The notes under the pieces were generated by a model, which was not told where the DNA came from, ran no database searches, and saw only the letters and a program-made list of their open reading frames with translations. Below, piece by piece: positions 12,332 through 26,066 of a stretch of DNA of 64,000 nt. The stretch is from contig NOWV01000017.1 in NCBI GenBank assembly GCA_003344405.1, positions 186,001 to 250,000 of the forward strand, written 5' to 3'. Numbering within the stretch: position 1 is the first letter of the stretch; each line of letters starts with the position of its first letter. This DNA is from Trichoplax sp. H2 (lineage: Eukaryota). The position numbers and the translations under genes are program-made.

Positions 12332-15300
12332 CTAGTATAGAGCTAACTTTTCAATAATTAATAGGTAAGATTCTTCGATTGCTTTATAGCTATCATTAAG
12401 GAGCTGTACTTTGTCTTGGCTATTTGCTTGAATTATCGCAGCATTGTACTCCTCGGGCTTCAAAAATTTTTGTAACTTCAACAAGTCTTTTTCTTCTTTC
12501 TAAATTCAATAAATAATGTTACAAAATGATTTATATTACAAGGATGAAGTAAAGAAATCTATTTTGCGTGATCAATTTTCGATATTAATACTCTCTTAAA
12601 ATCTAGATAAGATAAGTGTTGTTTAAATACCTTGAATGGCTGGCTAAGCCTCTTTTTAACATAACTTTTGTAAGCCAGATACTCTTTAGCATTACTTCGA
12701 TCTGTTGCTTTCAAACGGAGAATTTCATAAACTCTTCTTGCTTGTTTCTATAAACGGAAGAGTTACTTTACTATTACATATACATAAGTTTAATTTTGTG
12801 CTGTGTCGCCTATTCCACTGGTGACTAAGATTTTAATATCTAACCAAACGGAGTATTTTGCAATAGCAACATACGCTGTATACACATACATACGTACTGT
12901 AGTCGCAGTGGAAAGTTTACCTTATGAATCTTAAGTTTTTTTCGTGCCTCATTAGCCATATTCTCGTTGAATCCATCATGTAGATTTTGATCAGAATATG
13001 CTGGTAGCTTTGCGCAACGACGGCAATCAACAAAGTCTCGTAAGCTTATGAAATTCTCAGATGGATCCTCCGCTAAAATTAATCAAATGAAAGGGTGTAA
13101 ACAAGCGGCAACAACGACTAATATTCTACTAATATCAATCAATAGATACTCATAGGTATCAATCTAAATAACTATAAACAATACCTGTGATATCTAAAAT
13201 GTTGTCATCCTTTTCTGCCAGTGAATAATAACTTTCTAATAACTTAGCTTATGGAACGAAAAAAGTTAAGAAATTAAATCCGATCGGAATATTTCATAAA
13301 CACAATAATTTCATACCTCCATGACCATTCCTTTGATATGGTGGTAATATAATGATTTGACTTGAAATTTGCATTATGTTACAAAAAGAAAATAATTAGA
13401 GACTTTTATTACTACAGATGAATAAGACTATATACAGTATACATAAATTACATCATTGACATTTCAATTTAGTTATTTATTAATTTATACCTAATTCTTG
13501 ATCGAATCTTGTCGGGGTATGCGTAATAGTTATAAGAGGTCATATATCCAATGATATCATAACGAAAAGCATTGTGATCCTTCCGCTTATGGTATCTGTA
13601 CATATACATATAAGTATCGTGCATTATAATTTTATGTATCATAAACTAGGATATATTTGATATACGATAGTATTGTAAGCACCATTTAATTAGCAGACTT
13701 CCTGTAGACTTTTATAACATAATTTTAAGTAACAGTTGAGTGTTTCGCACGAACTTACAGTAAATAAAATGTCCATTTTTCGTCGTCATCATCTATTTAA
13801 TTAAGAAAGAGGTGTTAAGCAAATTAAAATTCTTAACATCTGGGCTCGAACCTGTTATTATATCAAGCCATGATTAAGATATAGTTAAAACGAAAGCATT
13901 TTCAGATTTACAGAAATTACTTAACATAACTTACCGATAAATGAAGCAGTTTCAATATACCAAATCAGAAAGGTTCTAAGTCTCTCGTGGTATGCTTTAA
14001 AGCCGGGTATATCAACGTTGGCCTTCGTATAAATACGATACGTAAATCAATAGTTATAGAATTAGCCAGTACCGAAATACTACATAATTTATATAATTTT
14101 TTGAGCTAGTTTTAATTTGGCGTAGTTCCACAAAACGCATTATTCGTTCTAAAAATTTAGGTTAAACTCTTTTTAAAGGCAAAGAAGCAAACGAGCTCTA
14201 TATTAATTTACCTTCCTAATCTCAAATGTTTGATCGTCCAATGAATAGCTATTGATTATCTCCCCGAACGGCTTAAAATTACTCTCTTCCTTTTCTAATA
14301 CACGCATATATTCATCCTGATTGGTGTAAAAACCTGCAATGGACAATATAATGCAAGACAAATGAAAAAAAGGAAAGGTTACTCCTGCGATTAATTTAGT
14401 AATACTGTATCATACAAAAATGTAATAACAATTGTAAGCATTTGCTGGTTTAACCGACCTTGGGGTAAAACATCTGATAAAATTTGAATAATATCGTCGG
14501 CCTACAAGAAGTAATTGGTATATTTTAGTATAACAATGTACACGATGACAGAAGTACAATAGGATCAAAATTAGCATTATCCTACACTTGAGAGCTGCGA
14601 TTATGACATAGCAACTATAGCACTATTTAAAGAACTAATTACAGTACAAATTATATCTTGCTTTTGTTCAACTTTGCAATAGAAGCAGTTAGTTATTAAA
14701 TTTGTCAAATTGTGTAGTATAATATAATATCTGCTATAAATGTCACCGAAGAAAAAAGAACACATATTTATAAATTTTATTTTCTATAACTACGCTGTAC
14801 GTTAGTAACTTTAGTTATTTGAGAAAGATGGTGAAGTATGCTTTTAGATGTTGTACTTAAAGATGTGAAATGAGTGATGTTTTTTTTTTTTGGAAATTAC
14901 TAACTTTAACACCGTCAGAAGTAGACGGATCAATTTTCTGTGAATATGTGAATCCAAAATAAGTTAGGAGGCTCGAAGATCCATAGTATAACTAGATCAT
15001 ATAGGAATAGAGGATCGGAATATTTTGTTAATATCTTGCATGATATGTTAGCAAATGATAAATTTTAAATTATTCCTTGTTACAGTTTTCATTATTAGCT
15101 ATCTGGATACGCAAGTATCCTGTGTGAGATATAGACCAACATAGATTTAATCGAGGTAACTCAGTCATATACATATATTGCACGAAATGCATAACAAGCT
15201 AAGTACTTTTTTTAAAATTAATTGCTTATCACCTTGATTTCCAAATCCTTATATCCAAATATCGCTTCACTAGAATTGAGATTAGATATTGACATCGTTA

Positions 15301-17222
15301 GCTAATACTATATAGATTAGAATCATTGACTTTAACGGTAATTCACCAATTAAACTAAGATATTTAGAATTAATGATACTGTAGTATAATTTACTAGTAT
15401 TAACTCTGCAGCCCAGTGATGCAGATAACAATCTATAAGAATAGGCATTTAAGAATAAGATGTACGTACATTTAGGGATTAGAAAATATCAATTACAGTC
15501 TAAGAATTTTAACTTTTAATCCGTACTTGTCTCCGAATAGTTGATGAGTAAATTCAGGGTGAAATGATTCTGATTTTTCAAGAACTTCATCTCCTTTACT
15601 GACTGGATACGGAGAAAAAGGGTTAATTACTTTTAGATAAAGTATTAATTTTAAGAATTACTAGGATGAAAATAGTAGAGTACAATATACATAGTACATC
15701 ATATTTACTTAAATTGATTGATTGCAAATAGATGAAGATTTAAATGTATAAAGGTCTATTGTGGGGCTAGTGTAGATTGGTCTTACGGGTTCACTAAATC
15801 ATTCTAAAGATCAGATTACTCGTATTGTGATAAAGTGTCTTCAAAATAACAAAACAAGAACTACAGTTTCTTGTACTACATAAAATTAGGCTTGTCTTAC
15901 AACTACTAAGGACTATCTAGATTATTACAGAAAATTCATCATTAACATACGATTGGTTACAGAATGATTTTTAGCAAAACAATCATATGATAAATCAGCT
16001 CTAAATTTGCTATCATGCGATCTACTCATAATTCGGGTTTGTAATATGTAATTTTAATCTTAAGCTAATTTAGGGCTGCACAACATGCGTACATTGCTAT
16101 CTTAACTTATACTGTATAGCTTAGAAGAAATTAAAGGTCTGTATAAATTTGGTGACCGAAACTAACATCAGGGAAGTTGATACAAATTATGTGTATTCAG
16201 TTTCGCTTCTAGGTATTACGGTAGCTACACTTCTGCACATTTGTAACTATTGACCAAGGTAGAATGGATGCAAGATTGTAACCCTATCACATCTATGCGT
16301 CAACTATATGCAGTCTTAATCAAGTCAAGTGGTATATACTGAAAATTGATAGTTTTAAATTGTAATAGAATTGAGAAGTAGAAACCAGCATTTTTCACTG
16401 CAAGTAGACTGTACTATAAACATATTCCAATGGTGTATTTAAATTGATAGTTTTAATTGATTCAAAGAAATGGATTTAAAGTGAGCATCATTCAGAGAAA
16501 CAATACTGAAAGTTACTACAGTCTAATTTGAACTGTACAACGGCGAACGATGATACAAATTTTGATCATTAAAAAGAAATCAGCATTCTGACTCCATCTT
16601 ACTGCATGTGTTGGTTTAGCTTTACTTCCCTGATGATTTATCTAATCATCATTACTGTATAATTTAAACTCATTTTGAATCAATCTAATCCACTGAATAG
16701 CTTAACTATAACGAAATATTTTTATTAATTGATTCTCAATTTATCCAGCAGGTCCATTGTCAGCTAAGAAATTTCCAAAATCTACATACAGTACTATTCT
16801 ACTCTGCCTTTGAAGCTATGGTCGCAGTATGCAAACCATCCCATGATTTAATTTTGTTGTGTAGATGATAACAGTATACATACCTAGCTTGAGATGGATT
16901 GCTTCATTAGCTGATGCTATCAAATCGTGATCTTTCCCGACTAAAAGAAGCATGATAAAGGTTTATATTAATTCATTATTATTTGATTAATTCTTGACGA
17001 CGGCAACAGCTCAACATTGAAAGCTATCGTCTCCCCCTTGTCCATGGCAATGAATTGAACAAATATCACGTTTTTTTCCTTAAATAAATTATCTACCATT
17101 GAACATGAGTAGACAATATAGGTAACTCTAGTTATGACTAGCAAAGAGGATAGATTGAGTTGTAGCAACTATAAGAAATATTGAAGTTGTTTATCGATGA
17201 AAATTTGCAACTTACCTTCCAT
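12332..17222 (-). CDS. HAT1: Histone acetyltransferase type B catalytic subunit; spliced
   Basis: 7-nt first coding exon ATGGAAG (17222-17216), then ANEAIHLKL, SFHPEFTHQLFGDNEAIFGYKDL, YHERLRTFLIWYIETASFIDDDDEKW, RSRISQIIILPPYQRNGHG (acetyl-CoA motif A), DITAEDPSENF, KQARRVYEILRL; stop TAG at 12334-12332. Confidence 0.94.
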
Positions 17223-17275
17223 TGCAGAAATTTACGCGGTCTTTTTTGGACTTGTGCGCATGTAGGGCATCTTCT

Positions 17276-17445
17276 AGTACAGTAGTTTGTATGATGTCGA
17301 TTGGACGGTAGGTGGACTGAACTCAGACAGACGGATCCAGAGTCAGACTGGAATGATCAACAACGCCCTACTGTACAGTGTACAGTGTACAGTACTCTAG
17401 TAGACATACAGTACTGTCCTGTTCTGTCTGTACTGCAGTCTGTAG
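17276..17445. promoter_or_regulatory. TACAG/CTGTA motif cluster upstream of HAT1
   Basis: TACTGTACAGTGTACAGTGTACAGTA and neighbouring units lie 55-220 bp 5' of the ATG; a regulatory role is inferred from position only. Confidence 0.45.
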
Positions 17446-19773
17446 CATTTCCAATGATTCAAATGATTGGCCACTCTCCCTAGCCTATTTGCTGTTCAAC
17501 AGCGGACTCTCCTAAAACTGACTACTTAGTATGGATCTTCCGTGCCTGTTTTCTAAATCACTGGTAGTTCTTGAAATCAAGGTAGCATAGTAATCAGTAA
17601 TCGACTAGAGGACTAACCGATTCAACAAACAAATATAGACATAGTAATCCCATTAAAAAGATCCTATACTATCAGTATAGCAAATATACAGCAATAACCA
17701 AGGAGTGTTGTGATTGATGGAATTGTTGTGCAAGTGCAGATGTTCTATTCTTAAGTCAATAACAAAAGTTTTAGTCTACCTTTTCCATCATGGATTAAAA
17801 TGATTATTTATTTTCAGTAAGTAGAAATGGAGTAACAGATAATAAGATTCAATGCAATATGACTTAATTGCATACTGAAGTACTGTCATAACGGATCAAC
17901 GTTGATCCATCAGAACGAAGTATTGAGCACAATATTTTAACGAGATCAGAGATGAGAATGTCTGTCCATCCAAAAGTGATCAATCCAGGGCCTTCTTCTA
18001 CTGTACTCTGCACAATACTGTGGTAGGTAGTCCATGCTCAGCTGTGGACTACTAAAATTGATTAACGATAATTAAAGGTATTTTAGTAGTGTGTGTATAA
18101 TCCCACCCACAATCACTCTTATCCTATGTAATGTTGATCCCATGATAATTGATGCAACCATTGCTCTTTTCTTTTAGACTATTTTAGACTACAAGATGCA
18201 ACCGTAGAGCGAAAATGGCACGGAAGCACTAGCTAATAATGCTGTAAAATCGAGAACGAAATAGACAGTAAACAAGACGCGTTGAAAACATAGCGCATGT
18301 CTACTTTAGCTTGAGCACTTTTTCCATGAGTCCAAATGTCCAATGCTTTCTAGATATCCTATTGTAAATTAAAAGCATGACTACCGTAGGCGAATACTGC
18401 AGCTAATTTTGAATGAGCCCAATAGTTTACCCTAGTCATGACAATGTCGACAAAACATGGCATAACTTAATTAATTGTACAGGTATTATTCTACTGACTA
18501 GAATATCCACCCTGCTGCTATCCCTACAGAATTCAAAACATGACTTTAGCTAGGGCTTCAGCTAATTTTAAATGAGTTTTATGCTTTGTAATAACGTGTC
18601 TGATACTCTGATGATTGAAAGTGTCAACACAATCAATTTAAAACATCATTTTAGCTAACTTTAAATGTTTACAGCTAATACTTAGTAGGTAACATGTCCA
18701 AATACTCCGCTAGTTGAAAGTATCGAACACAATCAATTTAGAATATCGAATGTTTTAGCTAATTTAAAACATGGCTTAATCGTTCAATTTCCAATGAATC
18801 GAATACTTTAAAGGTATCGCATCTAGTGTTGTGGTAATTAGAATATCGATTGACACAGTAAATTCAAAACAACTTGAATAAGTTCGAAATGGGTCTAACT
18901 ATACCATAAGCTCGATAATTCTATACTGCACTTCGTAGTGATACAACCAATGCAACAGCTGGGTTAGGTCTTAAATCTCGCTCGAGCCCAGATACAACTA
19001 TGTTATTGATGCCGGGAAATAGCCATTTACTCACTTGATGAATTACAGTTTTAGTTTAACCAGTCTGTGGGGAATGAATCTGCAAAACATATTGCAGGTA
19101 ATAATGGAGCAGGTGTTTAGCAGACTACCGTAAACCGTAGAGGTCATCGCAAGCCCTTATGCCGTTTGTATTGCACTGCGCCTGAATTGGCTTTAACAAA
19201 TAGGGAGGCAGTGGGCAGATTTTGATGTTTGTGCCTTTAGATTGGTATTCTCTTGAACTAGGATAAATTTACTAGTTAGTGTATACGAAAGGATCATTAG
19301 TAGTTTAGCTAAAGGATCTCTTCAAAGACAGTAAAGTATTACGACATTTTCTTAATGCTGTAAGATCATCCGTAGCAGACGTTTTGATGGCTCCATTGCA
19401 GCCAGCATAGCGTCCCACTTGGCTTTAGTCTTTCTGTCCATGCTCCAGGTCGTGATAGAGATGCTATAGTAACATAGTATCGAAACGCCGACCTGGCCAA
19501 TCCATTCCAGTTGATAGGGAATCCAAGACCTTACCCAACCCTAACAGGTGTCACTATTAAAAATATAGTCATACTAGCGTATCTGTACTGCAGTCGAGTA
19601 TAGATAAACTGAGACTCCATTCCAGCTGTCCTACTGTCCTGCGTCCCGGGCTAACGCCAAAGCGGAGAAAGGCAGCAGGAGCTTAGTGAAACTTGTCAAG
19701 AAACACCCCAGCAAATTGAATTTTTACTCTAATTCCAACATTAATCAGTTCTAATTCATCGATTGTCAATACC

Positions 19774-22700
19774 ATGTCACAGAGTAATAAGCGCAATAAA
19801 CCAAATAAAACGAAATCTACTGATATATTAAGAGTCATGGATAAATTCGGCAATCAAGAAAAGAAAGCATCCCGTAACGATGGGCCAACAACAACTCCAA
19901 CCAGTAGTAGTAGTAATACCACTCATGAAAGCACAGGTTAGCTAAGAAAAAGAGAACATGATAGCATGTTCATTAGTTTGCCTACAATCTTATGCAATAG
20001 ATATTAGTAAGATAGAAGACGGATACGTTTATCTATCACCTGATGTCCATGGTAGACTTGATAGTCAACTAATACTTATTTCTATTCTATGTTGATTAAA
20101 AGTAAAAATTTGTTCTAGAAGAAGATATCAAGCAATCGAAAATAAACTTTTTTTCCATTTTGATCCAATGTAGAAACAGTTTCTGAATCTTCTACTGCCA
20201 ACGATTACAATGTTGTCGAAGGTGGAATGGTGATTGTTAGCGGTAGCGATAGTGATCTATCGTGCAGCTTAGAGTAAGCGATTATAATTATTGAGGGGTT
20301 ATTTTTAGCGATTATCTGTTCATCGACGCGTTTTATAATGGATCAACTTATCTTTGCATGAGCATTGTTGTCACTGTCGTGCTAGATTTACTGTATACCT
20401 AGTGGTTTAGACATGTCATGCTAGAAAAACTACTCAATCATCTAACATAGATAGTATCCAATAATACACTGTAGTCTACATGATTTTTATCTCCATTATG
20501 ACTCAATGCATAACTTGTACACTATACTATACAGTGTGCAGGTTTCTTGCAGAAATTGATCAAGTTACATGCAGCAGACAGTAAATGTTAAGGTGTCATC
20601 TCTTATCACAATATCGCAATATCAGTCTCGCATGGAATATGACTTTTCATGCATTATTATGCACGTATTTAAATGCAAGAAGCAATTGAAATTATTAATA
20701 GTAAGATGCGCTAATTAAGAACGATATCCGTATCACTGTTCTCGATGTTATTGATAATACTGTATTGAGAATTAAAACTTATAAAATTGACCTACTCATA
20801 TGGAATGATTTTTATACGATGGAAGTTAGCAGCTTCTACAATGGAGTGTTTTATATTAACATTTTCACAATTACTATTGCAAACTTTTACTATAATTTAG
20901 GGATGAATGGATAAAGTTATTTGGACGAGACGATTATGATGTCTATGTAAGAATTATCTAGTATGGTAGTGCTAATTTCTGAAAACATAGATAAGATTTA
21001 AAAAACACAACAAATATGCTACTGGTTTTCCTGCATCCATGTTATGTATACAATGCCTATATATACATACTATCCGAGTTCAACAGGATTTATAACAATA
21101 TTGCTATATTCGCTTTCCTTATTTAGCTAACCCAATTGTGTTCAACTAATCCTGATAAAGTGCTTTCATAATTGTCGAATAATATTGCAATCATTTAATG
21201 TACTATTACAGATTAAGGAATTAGGCATGCATGGCAGTTTAAGTCGATGTCGATTTCGTGGCGTCTGCTGGCGAGTAAGATAATAATCAATTAAAAATTC
21301 GATCGATGCTTGTTATATTGATCATGGAATTAATCAACCTGCAACACAGCCTGGATATACAATAAATAGAATTTAAAGGTGATACTCTACCACTTTTCCT
21401 AGGTTTTCCTCGATTGCTTACCGCGTGATACCTCTAAATGGATTACTGCAACCACCAAATTAAGGAAAAGTTATGACGAAATCAAGGAAAAGGTTCTTAA
21501 ATACAGCATTATATTCCCTATCTTACCCTTAATACAATAGGTGGCGTAGATAATATATATTTTATGAGAGCTCTTGTTCTGTATACTAGTGGAGTAATGG
21601 TTAGGTAAATTAATTGAGAAATTTTGCGAAACTAGAATTATGGACTTACTTAATCTATATCATAAGATGTACATTTTAAGTTGAAATATCCTCTATTAAT
21701 GTAATCAATATCTTGTTACATTGCGCAGTATTTATTAGATCCTCATCAGCAGCATGGCAAAGACATAAATATTGATAATCCGCTTTCTCAGGATAAAGAT
21801 GTAAGTAAATTTATTTAAAGCAAATGACTACCAATCCGTATGCTGAATGCTAGAAAATCAAAATTATTTTATGGTTGCGTATTGCAAATGTGGCTTAGTT
21901 TAGTTACGGCTAGAAATTTATCATACTGAAATATCATCTTTATTTTTAGAGCGTTTGGTGTCAATTTTTCGAGCATACAGAATTAATGCAAATAATAGAA
22001 CAAGATGTAAATAGAACGTAAGTATGACATGATTCAAAAAATTGATCATGTTACATCTAATTTGCTATCTATTTACAATCTATATCTTTAAATGCTATCC
22101 TTACAGTATTTGAATATTATAGTAATGTTTCTAATTATAATTATTAGATTTCCTGAACTGACGTTTTTTCAATCAGCAAGAGTAAAGTAAGCTCAGGACA
22201 ATAATTTAGTACATATGATATCAGTACATCTATGATTTCTATTAATACCTGGGTATAACATAATCGAAATGTTAAGTATACATATTTTATTATAATTAAC
22301 CAGAAATATCATGATGAATATTTTATTTTGTTACTCGCGAGACAACTCTGCTCTATCCTATCGCCAGGTTTGTTGCTTTTACTGCACTGAGTAACTTGCT
22401 GTTTATTATTTTATCCTATGCATTGGCACTTAGTAATAAAGAATAATATTAAGCTAACTTACTATAGTAAAAACCTATCTTTATACTATTATAAAGGGCA
22501 TGCATGAACTACTCGCGCCAATAATTTTAACGTTAGAGCGAGATATAATCCATACAAAATCCAAAGCAGAAAATTTATCGTAAGTTTGATACATTTCTAA
22601 TAAGCATTCATTCAAATATAAAAGTAAGACTTATGAATAAATGTATTCAACGATAGTGATATCGCTCAACACTTATTGCAAGAAAAATATCTTGAACATG

Positions 22701-25351
22701 ATTCATTGTAAGTCAGCTAAGCATAAGCTTTTTCTCCGCATTATAGCTTTTATTGATACTATTATTATTTCTTTACTTCCTTGACTTAAAAAACTTTTAT
22801 CATTTCGTAAATGCAAACGAATGTAGTAGTAGTAATATATATATAATATAGAAAGTACATTGTTAACAGCATACTTCAGTAATAAAAGCTAATAGACAGT
22901 ATCTCGACGGCCGTAACTACACTATTTAATCTAACTCTGGAACTATTCTTAATGATATTGTTTTTGCCGTTGGTAATATTGTAGTCATTTATTCGCACAA
23001 TTAATGACTGTAGCTGAATGGTGGTATTTACAGCCTGAGCGAGATGAGATGAGGGAAAGGACTAAGGATAAGGTGAGCTCTTTTGATACAGTTATTACTT
23101 ATTATTAGTGTGAAGATATTGTAACCAGTATTACGACCCTGCATACTATTACTTGCAATAATCTTGTAAAAGTGTTGTGAAATTTCTTTTCAAAATGACT
23201 AATATTATTCTATCTCATTCAGTCTCGCCCTGTCGAAAATTTATTGGATGTTCGACTGTTTAAATATGATCAACATGGAAGTGATCTGGATACTCCAGTA
23301 TGTAATAATAGTCCTCTTATATCTGCATAATTGCGTCTAATACGTTTCCAGCAAGCATTACTAAAGTGTATTTGAATATAATAATTTTTTCCTTATATAT
23401 TACAGTCTTCTCATTTAGCAAAGAAAGTCAATTACATACAAAATGTATTACTTAAGAGGATAGATTATGAATTATGTTCTCATTTGGCAAGATTAGATAT
23501 AGCCCCTCAAATATATGGAATGTAAGTTAATATCAATTTCCTCAGGATCGTCTCTTATTATAACTAGCTTTTCACAATTTATAAAAGTACAATATTCTTT
23601 GATAACAGCCGTTGGATTCGCGTTATGTTTGGTCGTGAGTTTCCAATGGATGATGTCCTAGTATTATGGGATGCAATTTTCGCTGATGGAAAACCATTTT
23701 CTCTTGTTGACTACGTTTATGTTGCGATGCTAACTTATATTAGAAATTGGCGTAAGCATTAATAATTAATTTGTATCATTATTTTCTGCTTCGACCGTAG
23801 ATCTCATCAATACATAATATATATTTGTATCAGGCTTCACTAATCTGATATACTAAGTATTAAACGACATTTATAGTGTTGGAAAGTGATTATGCAACCT
23901 GTATGACAAAATTAATGAAGTATCCTCCAGCTGGCGATATCAGCTATTTTATAGATAAAGCTCTATACGTACGAGATCCTTCTGTAAGTCAGCTTATAGG
24001 TTATTTGATTTGATTAGCTGCATTTCTTACATAGAAGGTAATGAATTGAATTACCCTGTGATGTATATATACATTTGCAGAACAATATGAAACCACCTCA
24101 GTACGAGTATGGAGCTACAGTTAAAATTAGTAAAAAGGAAGTTCAAAGTAATACCTCTAACGCTAAGACTGAGCGAAAATTTCTAGCCTCATATCACGCT
24201 AAGACTCGTAATACAAGTGATAGCAAGAATAAGGAGGTAAGTCAATATTACTTCAGGTTAAGTTCACCATACCGTTAATTTGTTTTATAATAATTTATAA
24301 CAGGTAACTACTAAGCAAAAGGAGACTTCGCTTTCTGTTGTTATGAAATCGCATAACACCAAGCCTATCAACATCAAGAGCACTCGAGATAGACTGTCAA
24401 AGGGCGAAGATGACGTTTTTCTGTCTCACAGTGATATTGAAAGCGATTTATGTATAATTTCTCATCCGACAAATACGAAAACAGAACAAACTCCTCGAGT
24501 GTCGAAACCAAGGAGCATTTCGTTCTCACGTAAAAGATCTGGATCAGAAAGAAAGGTATACTCGCATATTGCTATGTTTTTAACATTGTAAGAATTAAAA
24601 TTTTTTAATAAGTGTATAATTTAGAGTCAGTACAATAATATATACAGTATAATATAAAATTTTAAGTATTATTATGACATATTTCTCTCTGTTATTGTAA
24701 CTCTAGCGATCTACATCGACAAGCGATCCCATTGACTTAAACCTTAAGACAAAATTTGAAGACTTGAAGATTATGTGTAAATACTGTTCATCAAAAATGG
24801 ATTCCTACATAGGTTAGCTATCATCTATTATTGAAAACTTAGAGCATGTCAACGGCATGTATATTGTATATGTATACGGTTCAAATTGAATATTCCTGTT
24901 ATTAGAGAGTTTACAACAAGAAATGCAACTACTATCTATGGGAGATAGAGAAGATAAAATCTTATTAGCGGTTGCTGGCTTGAAAAAGGTAACGTATTCT
25001 TTTATAACCCCCAAAAATACCAATGCGAATTTATAGAACTATATAATTAATGCACCGTTAAGTAGAGGCATTGATATTAATTCATTATTATCGAGTTATA
25101 TAATAATTTGCTCTAATTGTTAGGTTCGAGACATTCTGAAGGGTACATTACCATTTGCTGGATCACCAATAGAACCAGATGATGTCATAGATACTGACAT
25201 TTTAGTTCCTGCAGCAAGAGTAGCTAGCCGTACACCCAGTCCTAGTGAAGAATTTGAAAGCAGTATTGACGTTGACGCTGAAAAGGAAGATCTTAAAGAA
25301 TTTGTTGATTCTTCCAGTACAGCAACTGACGACATCAACTCCCATAATTGA
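19774..25351 (+). CDS. TBC1D5: TBC1 domain family member 5 (Rab7 GAP, retromer-associated); spliced
   Basis: GSLSRCRFRGVCWR, IDNPLSQ, IEQDVNRTFPE (Arg finger), YRQGMHELLAPI (Gln finger), LDIAPQIYGIRWIRVMFGREF, LMKYP and C-terminal LAVAGLKKVRDILKGTLPF; stop TGA at 25349-25351. Confidence 0.93.
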
Positions 25352-26066
25352 TTGTTAATAAAGTATACTTCCATAATATCTTAATAATAATGAAATCGGT
25401 AGAGCAAAAGGAAATTTACCTGCAGAGTATGATATTATTTTTGCTGCTTTGAGCTGATAAATAATGCCGCTTTTATACATAAAAATATTTTATTACAGTA
25501 TAGATCGATTGCTGTACATGATGCATGTTTATGATTGACATAAAGGATAGAATAATATGCTAAATCTAGAGTTTATAGATATTTCACTATATGTATTACT
25601 AAAATCTTCGAAAATATTTCTATTGCTGCCAGTAGTTAGGCATTTACAGCAGATTTCAAAATTTTATCACCACAGCCGCCAATCAATAGTAATATCTATT
25701 TTATAATAAATTTCAGTCTAAATATAATACAGTATTATAGAATTTGCTGATATTCACCGACTGATAGTAAGTAAGTAGTAAATAGTATGCTGTTTATGTT
25801 ATAAGATTTCATTTGAGTAGTATAAAGGTTTGCATACTGGCTGATAGAACCAACAAATTTTTTTTTAAGATGTTGAAGGAATTTGCTAACAAAGCTGCAC
25901 ATTCACAGAATAGTCTACAGAAAAGACATTTTATAATCACAGAAAGGATTTATACACGAAAAATGAAAGTTACTAATTCGCTAAGCACAAAGAATATTCA
26001 TATACTAATTTTCAATCAATGTGATATAAAAGTTTTAGAATTTTACATTGATATGGTGTATTCTTG

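Noticed and set aside
17893-17908. Perfect 16-bp palindrome GGATCAACGTTGATCC
   Set aside because: Isolated; about one such palindrome in 64 kb is plausible by chance.
19170-19540. RNase P or SRP RNA on the - strand (GGTAAGGTC, CCAATTCAGGC, CCAGGTCGG)
   Set aside because: The candidate P4 halves do not pair and there is no SRP helix-8 GNRA/AGCAG arrangement.
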